A DNA stretch of 64,000 bases from an uncultured Fibrobacteria bacterium (GTDB taxonomy: Bacteria > Fibrobacterota > Fibrobacteria > UBA11236): assembly GCA_963716395.1 (NCBI GenBank), contig OY970309.1, positions 2,848,001-2,912,000 on the forward strand. Reading direction: 5' to 3'. The translations under genes and the position numbers were made by a program. Positions 20,423-28,619 of the stretch are shown piece after piece (the first letter of the stretch is position 1; the number at the start of each line of letters is the position of its first letter). Below the pieces are notes generated by a model that worked only from the letters and a program-made list of their open reading frames with translations, was not told where the DNA came from and did no database searches.

Positions 20423-20560
20423 AAACGGCGCGGCCTTTTGCCGCCCGGGCCGCTGCGAAAAGATGGCAGCCGCGGCGGTGGCGTCGAAAGGCTTGACCCC
20501 TGCGCCTCCATGGTTCTACCGTTGTGGGTCGGCGCGCAAACCTGGGAGAAACATTCGAAT

Positions 20561-21937
20561 ATGAGCGACAAAAAAAACATTCTGTGCATCGGCGCGGGCT
20601 ATGTAGGGGGGCCGACCATGACCATGATCGCCCGTCAATGCCCCGAGCATCTGGTTACCGTGGTCGACGTCAACAAGGCCCGCATCGACGCCTGGAACAG
20701 CGACCGTATTCCCATTTACGAACCCGGTCTCGACGAACTGGTGCGGGAGGCGCGCGGTAAAAACTTGTTCTTCTCCACCGACGTCGACGCCGGTATCCGC
20801 GCCGCCGACATCATTTTCGTATCGGTGAACACGCCCACCAAAACCTTCGGCCAGGGCGCGGGGCGCGCTGCCGACCTGCAGTATTGGGAAAAGACGGCGC
20901 GCCAGATCCTGGCCAATTCCGACTCCTCCAAGATCATCGTGGAAAAGTCGACCCTGCCGGTGCGCACGGCCGAAGCCATGGAGCGTATCCTCAACGCCAA
21001 TGAACGCGGCGTCCGCTTCGAGGTGGTCTCCAATCCCGAATTTCTGGCCGAAGGCAGCGCCATGCGGGATTTGGAAAATCCCGATCGCGTGCTGGTGGGC
21101 TCGCGCGAAACCCCGTCGGGCGTCGCCGCGCGCCGGACCATCGTGGATTTGTACGCGCATTGGGTGCCGCGCGCCAAAATCCTGGAGTCGAATGTGTGGA
21201 GCGCCGAGCTTTCCAAGTTGACGGCCAACGCTTTTCTGGCCCAGCGCATTTCCTCGATCAACAGCATTTCGGCCTTGTGCGAGCGCACCGAAGCCGACGT
21301 GGGCGAAGTGGCCTTCGCCATCGGCACCGACAGCCGCATCGGTCCGAAGTTCCTCAAAGCCAGTGTGGGTTTCGGCGGTTCCTGTTTTCAAAAAGACATC
21401 CTGAACCTGGTGTACATCTGCCAATCCTATGGATTGCACGAGGTGGCCGATTATTGGGAATCGGTGGTGCGTATCAACCAATGGCAGCAGCAGCGTTTCG
21501 TGCAAACCATGTTGGCCAATATGTTCAATACCGTGGCCGGCAAGCGCATCGCCTTGCTGGGCTTTGCCTTCAAAGCCGATACCGGCGACACGCGCGAATC
21601 GCCCGCCATTTCGGTGACGCGCGGCCTGTTGGAAGAGCGGGCCCAAGTGGTCATTCACGACCCCAAGGCGCTCGACAACGCCCGCGCCGAACTCGGCCCT
21701 TCCGCCGCCGGGGTGGAGTTCGAATCCGACCCCTATCGCGCCGCCCAGGGCGCGCATGCCCTGGCCGTTCTCACCGAGTGGAAGGAATACACGACGCTCG
21801 ATTATGCGCGCATTTTCGCGGGCATGCGGCAGCCGGCCTTTATTTTCGACGGACGCAACATCCTCGATCACCAAAAATTGTTCGACCTGGGGTTCAACGT
21901 ATTTGCCATCGGCAAAACGCCGCGCAAGCATTTTTAA
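20561..21937 (+). CDS. ugd: UDP-glucose 6-dehydrogenase
   Basis: GAGYVGGPT, PIYEPGL, EKSTLP, SNPEFLAEG, GFGGSCFQKD, GFAFK.DTGD.RES. Confidence 0.97.
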   Translation: MSDKKNILCIGAGYVGGPTMTMIARQCPEHLVTVVDVNKARIDAWNSDRIPIYEPGLDELVREARGKNLFFSTDVDAGIRAADIIFVSVNTPTKTFGQGAGRAADLQYWEKTARQILANSDSSKIIVEKSTLPVRTAEAMERILNANERGVRFEVVSNPEFLAEGSAMRDLENPDRVLVGSRETPSGVAARRTIVDLYAHWVPRAKILESNVWSAELSKLTANAFLAQRISSINSISALCERTEADVGEVAFAIGTDSRIGPKFLKASVGFGGSCFQKDILNLVYICQSYGLHEVADYWESVVRINQWQQQRFVQTMLANMFNTVAGKRIALLGFAFKADTGDTRESPAISVTRGLLEERAQVVIHDPKALDNARAELGPSAAGVEFESDPYRAAQGAHALAVLTEWKEYTTLDYARIFAGMRQPAFIFDGRNILDHQKLFDLGFNVFAIGKTPRKHF

Positions 21938-21941
21938 ATGC

Positions 21942-21966
21942 CGGACCGATTATTAGAGGCACTCTA
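21942..21966. mobile_element. Solo end (remnant) of the MITE family at 40428-40616
   Basis: CGGACCGATTATTAGAGG is identical over 18 bp to 40594-40611, then CACTC-TA versus TACCC-TA. Confidence 0.65.
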
Positions 21967-22036
21967 TAATTGAAGCCACCGATTCGCCCACGTTGGAAGA
22001 TGATCCAGGCGCAGCGGAAAGCCCTATGGTGAACAG

Positions 22037-22921
22037 ATGTCCGCGGGGGGAGGGTTGAGGGTGAGACGCCGAAATTGGGTTGCCGGCATTTTCGGCTTGG
22101 GTCTGGGTGTTTCGGTTCACGGAGATCCGGTGTACGATTTGCATCCGGCGGTGGATTACCCGGTGCTGGCCGCGGGATCGGTGGCGGGGCTCTCCCTGCT
22201 GGGCGCGGAGTGGTCCCGGCGCCATGACACCATTTCTCTCGACATGTACCGACGCGGTGATCTTCCGGCTTTCGACGCCTGGGCCGCGGGAAATTATTCC
22301 CCCGTCGCCTCCAATATCAGCACGGTGCTGGCGGCGCTGGAAGTAGCCGCTCCGGCCTTGGCGGATGGTACCGGTTTTTTCCGCAACACGTTGCCTTTTG
22401 AGGAAGCCTGGACCGACATGGTCTTGTACGGAGAGGCGCTGTCGTATTCCTGCGCTCTCAGCGTGGCCTTTAAATTCTTCGCCGTCCACCCGCGTCCGCT
22501 CTACTTCAACGGCCAGGCACCCTTGTCCACACGCACGGCCTGGGACACGCGCAGCAGTTTTTTTTCGACCCACACCACCGCCGCCTTTGCGGCCGCCGTG
22601 TTCGGCAGCACCACCTTTCAAGCGCGCCATCCCGACTCTCCGCTGGTGCCCTGGATATGGGGCGGAGCGTTGAGCGCCGCAACCGCGGTGGCCGCTTTGC
22701 GGGTGGCTTCAGGCGAACACTACCCATCAGACGTGGTGGTGGGCGCGGCCGTGGGATCGCTATGCGGATATTTGGTTCCGCTCTGGCATCGGCATCGTGC
22801 GGACGCACCCAAAGCCGGTTCTTCCGAAACCGGCCAAGGGTTCTTTTCCCATCCCGACTTGGCATTGCAAACCGCGCCCGACGGATTTTCTCCCATGCTG
22901 GTCTTCCAACTACGGAATTAA
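22037..22921 (+). CDS. PAP2 family phosphatase
   Basis: K......RP, SFFSTHT, RVASGEHYPSDV. Confidence 0.88.
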   Translation: MSAGGGLRVRRRNWVAGIFGLGLGVSVHGDPVYDLHPAVDYPVLAAGSVAGLSLLGAEWSRRHDTISLDMYRRGDLPAFDAWAAGNYSPVASNISTVLAALEVAAPALADGTGFFRNTLPFEEAWTDMVLYGEALSYSCALSVAFKFFAVHPRPLYFNGQAPLSTRTAWDTRSSFFSTHTTAAFAAAVFGSTTFQARHPDSPLVPWIWGGALSAATAVAALRVASGEHYPSDVVVGAAVGSLCGYLVPLWHRHRADAPKAGSSETGQGFFSHPDLALQTAPDGFSPMLVFQLRN

Positions 22922-22969
22922 CTTCACCGCCTACGCGTGTCGCCGCTTCGTTTCCACCCCGGGGGTTCT

Positions 22970-24007
22970 ATGTCCGCATCGCTTTTCGCCTTCTGCTGCG
23001 TCTTGGGTTTCGGTTTCGCCGCCTCGGCCGCGGTTCCGGAGGCGGCGCAATACCGCATCGCGCACCGTTTTCAAGTTCCCGGCGACGAAGGCTGGGATTG
23101 CCTGGCGGCCGACTCCGCCACCCAACATCTGTTCGTGTCGCATGGGAATTGCGTGCAGGTGATCGATGAAAACAGCGGCCACCTCATCGGAACCATTGCG
23201 AACCTGGGGCATGTGCATAGCATTGCCTTGGCGCCGGCTTTGGGCAAGGGATTCATCACCGATGGAAAAGATTCGCAAGCGGTGGTGATCGATTTGCATT
23301 CGCTGCAAATCCTGGCCAAGGTGAAGACCACGGGAGCCAATCCTGACCTCGCGGTGTTCGACGAATATTCCGGCCGGGTGTTCGTCTGCAACGGCAAAAG
23401 CGCGAATGCCACGGTTATCGACGCCAAAACCGATCGCGTGGTGGGGACCATTCCGCTGCACGGCAAGCCGGAGTTCGCGGTGTCCAACGGCCTAGGCCGA
23501 GTTTTCGTGAACCTGGAAGATCAGAGCAAGCTCGCCGTGATCGACGTGACCACCCTCCAGGTGATCCACACTTGGCCGATTGCCCCGGGTCAAAGCCCGA
23601 GCGGCCTGGCGTTGGATCGAAAACACCACCGGCTTTTCCTCGGCTGCGACAACCGGATGATGGTTGTACTCGGCGCGCAATCGGGAAAAGTCGTCGCGAC
23701 CTTGCCTATCGGAGAACATGTCGACGGCGTCGACTTTGATCCGGTGTTACAGCGCGCCTACAGTTCCAACGGCGACGGCACTTTAACGGTGGTGCAGGAA
23801 GTCAGTCCCGACAGTTTTTTCGTGCGGGAAAATGCGCTCACGCAAAAAGGGGCGCGCACTTCGACGGTCGACTTAAAAACCCATCACCTGTTTCTGCCCA
23901 CGGCGGATTTCGGCGCCACACCGCCGCCCACGGCGGAACATCCGCATCCCCACCCCGCCATCGTACCCGGCACCTTTATTGTGCTGGACGTGGCGCCGGC
24001 GGAATAG
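22970..24007 (+). CDS. Secreted YncE/YVTN beta-propeller protein
   Basis: Signal peptide, GWD.LAAD, GKPEFAV..G.G.VFVNLED, GART. Confidence 0.85.
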   Translation: MSASLFAFCCVLGFGFAASAAVPEAAQYRIAHRFQVPGDEGWDCLAADSATQHLFVSHGNCVQVIDENSGHLIGTIANLGHVHSIALAPALGKGFITDGKDSQAVVIDLHSLQILAKVKTTGANPDLAVFDEYSGRVFVCNGKSANATVIDAKTDRVVGTIPLHGKPEFAVSNGLGRVFVNLEDQSKLAVIDVTTLQVIHTWPIAPGQSPSGLALDRKHHRLFLGCDNRMMVVLGAQSGKVVATLPIGEHVDGVDFDPVLQRAYSSNGDGTLTVVQEVSPDSFFVRENALTQKGARTSTVDLKTHHLFLPTADFGATPPPTAEHPHPHPAIVPGTFIVLDVAPAE

Positions 24008-24031
24008 CGACGGAGCCGCCGCTACGGCGGT

Positions 24032-25141
24032 TTACATCACCACCAATTCGGCGTTGAGCGCCCCGGCTTCTTTGATGGCCTCGAAAATGGCGATGATATC
24101 GCGCGGGGTCACGCCCAGGGTGTTCAGCGATTTGGCCAGATCGGTGACGCTGGTCGATGCCGGCATGACGCGCATTTCGGCCTTGCCTTCGTCGGTGTGA
24201 ATGTTTTCGCTGACATTGGTGGCGCTTTGCTGCGTGACGGCCCCGGGTGCGGCAGCGGTTTGCAATTGCGTTTGCTGGTTCTGTTTGATCTCCACGGTGA
24301 TATTGCCGTGGGCCACGGCCACTTCGGAGATGGTGACATCGCCGCCCGCGATCACCGTGCCGGTTTTCTCATTGAGAACGACCTTGGCCACATGCGAAGG
24401 CGTGAAGTCGAGGTTTTCCACACCCGCCACGAATTCCATGATGCGGCCGCGCCAATTCTGCGGAACCTGAATGCTCACGGTGGCCGGGTCATTGGCTTGC
24501 GCGGCCTGCGCGCCGAATTTCTGATCGATGGCTTTGGCCATGGAAACGGCCGAAGTAAAATCGGGCGATTCCAGATCGAGCCGCACCATCGCGGTGTCCA
24601 AACCCTCGTGGGCCGCCTCTTTTTCCACCAAACCTCCGCCGGGAATGTCGCCGACCATGGGATGGTTGCGCGTATAGCTGGCCAGCCCCAGGTTTCCCTC
24701 GCGCGCCATGCCGCCGATGCTGAGCGGCCCCTGCGCCTGGGCATAGACCTCGCCGTCAGGCCCCTGCAGCGGGGTTAAGAGCAAGGTTCCGCCTTCGAGG
24801 CTCTTGGCGTCGCCCATGCTCGACACGGTGACGTCGATGGTCGCGCCCTCCTTGAGATAGGGCGAAAGCGTACCGGTGACCATGACGGCCGCGGCGTTGC
24901 GCACCTGCAATTGCAAGGAACTGGCGGGCATTTCGATGCCCATGTTGCGTAGCAGGTTGATCACGCTTTGGGTGGTGAATTTCGTCAAGGGACCGTCGCC
25001 GGTGCCGCGCAGACCCACCACCATGCCGTAGCCGATGAGCTGCACTTCGGCCGGCCCCTGCACGTGCGCCACGTCTTTGATGCGCGTGGCCTGCGCCGTT
25101 GCCGCCAAGAGGAGAGACAGGATAAAGATGCGGACGCGCAT
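24032..25141 (-). CDS. flgI: Flagellar P-ring protein
   Basis: RIKD, QLIGYGMVVGL.GTGD, GDAKSLEGGTLL.TPL, GALNAEL. RBS AGGAG. Confidence 0.97.
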   Translation of the reverse strand: MRVRIFILSLLLAATAQATRIKDVAHVQGPAEVQLIGYGMVVGLRGTGDGPLTKFTTQSVINLLRNMGIEMPASSLQLQVRNAAAVMVTGTLSPYLKEGATIDVTVSSMGDAKSLEGGTLLLTPLQGPDGEVYAQAQGPLSIGGMAREGNLGLASYTRNHPMVGDIPGGGLVEKEAAHEGLDTAMVRLDLESPDFTSAVSMAKAIDQKFGAQAAQANDPATVSIQVPQNWRGRIMEFVAGVENLDFTPSHVAKVVLNEKTGTVIAGGDVTISEVAVAHGNITVEIKQNQQTQLQTAAAPGAVTQQSATNVSENIHTDEGKAEMRVMPASTSVTDLAKSLNTLGVTPRDIIAIFEAIKEAGALNAELVVM

Positions 25142-25152
25142 GCGCTTACTCC

Positions 25153-25737
25153 TTACAAGAGCCAATGCCAGAAGCGGGCCCACCATCCGGGTTTGGAACT
25201 GTTGGCCCCGTCGCCCTGGCCCGTGTATTCGATTCTCGCGTCGGCCAGCCGGGAACTGGCGATGGTGTTGTCCGAAGCGATGTCGTCGGGCCGGATCACG
25301 CCCGAGACGTCGAGGATTTCTTTTTCCCCGTTCACGTCGACTTCTTTGTGTCCTTCGATCAGCAGATTGCCGTTGTCGTAAATGGTTTTCACGCGCGCCG
25401 ATACCGTGGCCGACACCTGGCCGCTGCGCGAAGTGCTGCCCTGGCCGTCATACTCCTGATCCGATTGCATGCCCACGCCCAGGCCGGGAATGTGGTTCAG
25501 AACGGGCCCGGTGCCCGGCTGCAGCGACAGGGCCGTGCTCTGCTTTTCATTATTGTCGGTTTTGCTGTCGCGCGTGGCCTGGGCGTTTTCGTCGACCACC
25601 ACGGTGATCACGTCTTCGACGCGATGGGCCCGCTTGTCGGTATACAGGGATATGGGGCGGGCGGGATCGGCCGCCAACCAGGTAAAAGAAAATGTGATCC
25701 ATATTACAATTGTCAAAATAAACGAGGCGGTTTTCAT
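25153..25737 (-). CDS. flgH: Flagellar L-ring protein
   Basis: SLYTDKRA, NGNLLIEG.K, GVIRPDDI..DNTI.S..LADARIEY.G.G, PGW. Confidence 0.95.
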   Translation of the reverse strand: MKTASFILTIVIWITFSFTWLAADPARPISLYTDKRAHRVEDVITVVVDENAQATRDSKTDNNEKQSTALSLQPGTGPVLNHIPGLGVGMQSDQEYDGQGSTSRSGQVSATVSARVKTIYDNGNLLIEGHKEVDVNGEKEILDVSGVIRPDDIASDNTIASSRLADARIEYTGQGDGANSSKPGWWARFWHWLL

Positions 25738-26699
25738 GTACCTCCTTCGAGCACGGGCTCGAGGCTGCCGTCGTCGAGCACGCGGGCGCGCAGCAGACGG
25801 TGGGTTTCGGGTTGCCGCACGCTGATCACCTCGCCCGGCACGCCGTCTTGCCGGCAGACGACTTCGGTGGCGGCACGGATAACGCCGTACCGCACCACCA
25901 GCGGAGCCTGCTGCCCGCGATGCACCACCGGCGGCCAGGCTACGCAGGCCATGGTGAGGATTTCATCGGGGAGCAGCGGTCTTTTGGCCAGCATGCCCAG
26001 CACCTGGGTCGGGTCGGGCACGGCGCCGGGATGCAACGGGGTGGTCTCGCGCATTTCCAGGCGGGTGTTGGCGGTGCTGATGGGCTCATGGCGTTCGATG
26101 CGCCGCACCGCTACGCGCACCGGTTCATCCACGGTGAAATCGGCGGCCAGGGGATAGGTGCGCAGCAAAGAGCCACCCACTGAAATCGTAAGCGCCAGCG
26201 CGACCTGGCCCCGGTGTTTCCGGGTGGAAAAATCGAGGTCCATTTGATACGGGGTTTTGGGAACGGTGATCACCGGCGGCGTTCCGCTCCAGGTGAAATG
26301 CCATTGGCCGCCGGGAGCGGCGGGTTGGCGCGATAAGAATGCCAGGACACGCGCCGACAGGCTGTCTTGCGGCAAGGTGTCGGCGGCCGTGGTTACCGCC
26401 ACGCGGGTTTTGGGATTGCCCACCAGCAGGCGGCCAGGAAATCGGCTTTGCAAATGCAGCGCCACGGCTTCTCCGTCGACCCAGCGCGTGAGTCCGAAGT
26501 CGGCGGCCGGGCCGACGTTCAACGTATCGAGTTCTACCGTGAAATTTTTCGGCCCGCTGATCTCGGCGATTTGGCCCAGACGGATGGAGCCGCCCGCCAC
26601 CCGGACCTCGGGCAGAAAACGCACCGTGGCTACGGATTCTTCCGCCCCGCCGTGCACGGCACCGAACACCATCACCAAAACCCAGGCCGGGAAACGCAT
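25734..26699 (-). CDS. flgA: Flagellar P-ring assembly chaperone
   Basis: IRLGQIA N-terminal domain, SAF domain, VHRG...QDG..GE.I.V. Sits between flgG and flgH. Confidence 0.9.
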   Translation of the reverse strand: MRFPAWVLVMVFGAVHGGAEESVATVRFLPEVRVAGGSIRLGQIAEISGPKNFTVELDTLNVGPAADFGLTRWVDGEAVALHLQSRFPGRLLVGNPKTRVAVTTAADTLPQDSLSARVLAFLSRQPAAPGGQWHFTWSGTPPVITVPKTPYQMDLDFSTRKHRGQVALALTISVGGSLLRTYPLAADFTVDEPVRVAVRRIERHEPISTANTRLEMRETTPLHPGAVPDPTQVLGMLAKRPLLPDEILTMACVAWPPVVHRGQQAPLVVRYGVIRAATEVVCRQDGVPGEVISVRQPETHRLLRARVLDDGSLEPVLEGGT

Positions 26700-26701
26700 G
26701 G

Positions 26702-27490
26702 CTATCCCTTGAGCTGGTTGGCCATTTGCAGCATGCTGTCGGAGGTTTGAATGGCCTTGGCAGAAATCTCATAGGCGCGCTGGGCCACGATCATGTTGAC
26801 CATCTCTTCCACGAGTTGCACGTTGGAAGACTCGGTATATCCCTGGGAAACCGTGCCCAGGCCGTTCTGACCCGGCATGTCGACTTCGGGATCGCCCGTG
26901 GCCGGCGTGGCCGTGTACAGATTTTGCCCCATGCTGCTGAGCCCGCCTTCATTGACGAACTTGACGATTTGCATTTGACCGATCTCTTCCGTGGCGCCCG
27001 AGTCATTCAAAGTCACCGAGACCTTGCCGGTGCCGTCGATCGTGATATTGGTGGCGCCATCAGGAACCACCAGGGGCGGTTCGATGGGATAGCCCTGCGA
27101 CGTCACTATGGTTCCGTCGGCCGAGGTTTTGAAGGTGCCGGCGCGGGTATAGGCGATTTCGCCGCTGGGCAATTGCACCTGGAAAAAGCCGTCGCCTTGA
27201 ATGGCGAGGTCCAAGGGATTCGAAGTTTGCACCATTTCGCCCTGCGTGAAAATTTTTTCGTCGGCCGAGCTTTTGACGCCCAAGCCCACCTGGATGCCCG
27301 CCGGTGATTTGGCACCGTCGGCATTGCTGCCTCCGGGCGGCACCAAGGTCTGGTACATAAGGTCTTCGAATTCCAGCTTCGACTTCTTGAACCCCGTGGT
27401 GTTGACGTTGGAAAGGTTGTTGGAAATGTTGTCGACGTAGAGCTGGTTCGCTTGCATGCCGGTAGCGGCGGTGTAAAGGCTGCGTAACAT
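26702..27490 (-). CDS. flgG: Flagellar distal rod protein
   Basis: ISNNLSNVNTTGFKK, FEDLMYQ, DLAIQGDGFFQV, ESSNV..VEEMVNMI.AQRAYE. Confidence 0.97.
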   Translation of the reverse strand: MLRSLYTAATGMQANQLYVDNISNNLSNVNTTGFKKSKLEFEDLMYQTLVPPGGSNADGAKSPAGIQVGLGVKSSADEKIFTQGEMVQTSNPLDLAIQGDGFFQVQLPSGEIAYTRAGTFKTSADGTIVTSQGYPIEPPLVVPDGATNITIDGTGKVSVTLNDSGATEEIGQMQIVKFVNEGGLSSMGQNLYTATPATGDPEVDMPGQNGLGTVSQGYTESSNVQLVEEMVNMIVAQRAYEISAKAIQTSDSMLQMANQLKG

Positions 27491-27503
27491 GATTCCTCCC
27501 GGG

Positions 27504-28256
27504 TTATCCCACCTTGCCCACGTCGTTTACGGCCTGGCCCAAGGTTTCATTGATGGATTGCACGGCTTTTTCGTCGGCTTCATAGCTGCGGGTGTTCACA
27601 ATCATGCTGACCATGGCCGAAATCGGGTCGACATTCGAGCCTTCCAAAAATCCCTGCGCAACCTGGGTGTTCTGCGGCGCCAGCGGGGGATTGGTTTTCG
27701 GATCGGGGTTGGTGTAATAACTGTTGCCTTCGGCTTGCAACTGATTAGGTTGGTTGAACGCGACGATGTTGAGCCGTCCCACCGGAGTCGAGTCGACGAA
27801 TACCGCACCGTCTTCGCGCACTTGAAAGCTGTGGTTGGGCAGACCGTCGTCGCGCACTTCGATCGGGCGCATGCGATCGTCGAGCACGGGATTGCCGGTC
27901 AAGGTGACGAGTTGTTGCTTGGAGTTCAGGGCGAAGGCGCCGTTGCGGGTGTACAAAGGGCCGGTCGGGCCCTGCACGGTAAAGAACCCCTTGCCTTGCA
28001 AGGCGAAATCGAATTGGCTTTGAGTGCCGATCATCGGCCCTTGGGAAAAATCGGTGTAGACCTGGGTGGCGGTTTGCTTCTCGCTGGGAACCAGTTCATT
28101 CTCGTCGTTGCGGGCCGCACCCGCCTTGGTTTCCACCGCCAATTGGCTGAGCTTGAAGGCATTGGTATGCGAGTTGGCCAAATTGTTGGCGATGACATCC
28201 TGCTTGGCGAGGATGTTCATCATGCCGCGTGCGGCGGTGTAAAGACCCGTGACCAT
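27504..28256 (-). CDS. flgF: Flagellar proximal rod protein
   Basis: GLYTAA.GM, IANNLAN, DFALQGKGFF, YTRNGAF, QGFLEGSNV. Directly upstream of flgG. Confidence 0.9.
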   Translation of the reverse strand: MVTGLYTAARGMMNILAKQDVIANNLANSHTNAFKLSQLAVETKAGAARNDENELVPSEKQTATQVYTDFSQGPMIGTQSQFDFALQGKGFFTVQGPTGPLYTRNGAFALNSKQQLVTLTGNPVLDDRMRPIEVRDDGLPNHSFQVREDGAVFVDSTPVGRLNIVAFNQPNQLQAEGNSYYTNPDPKTNPPLAPQNTQVAQGFLEGSNVDPISAMVSMIVNTRSYEADEKAVQSINETLGQAVNDVGKVG

Positions 28257-28277
28257 AATTCCTCCGCAGAGACTGCT

Positions 28278-28294
28278 CGCAAGACCCGGACCAA
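28278..28294 (-). promoter_or_regulatory. Putative sigma-54 (-24/-12) promoter of flgFGAHI
   Basis: TTGGTCCGGGTCTTGCG has GG-N10-GC with TTGC. Predicted +1 near 28267, just before the GGAGG RBS. Confidence 0.6.
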
Positions 28295-28619
28295 CGGCAA
28301 ACGCAGGCAAATGTTCGGGAAGTGCTTGAAATCAGCCGGGATCGCTTGTGGGAAAAATTGAAGTCTTACTTCAAGGCAAATTCTGCCAGGGTCCGGGCAA
28401 TTCGTCGCAGGCGGTGGGGGATGGCAAGAGGGAATGCGAAGGCACGCCGGGTGCTGGGCCGGGCGGGGTGCCGCGAGCGGAATTGAATTTGAACACCTGG
28501 GAAGCGCTGCTCGCCAGGTCTCCACCTCGGCGAAAAATATGCGATGAGGACAGGCGCGCCGGTTCCCGGTCAAGCGAACGAAATGAACCGTCAGCGATTT
28601 CCGGCGCCGACGAGGATCT

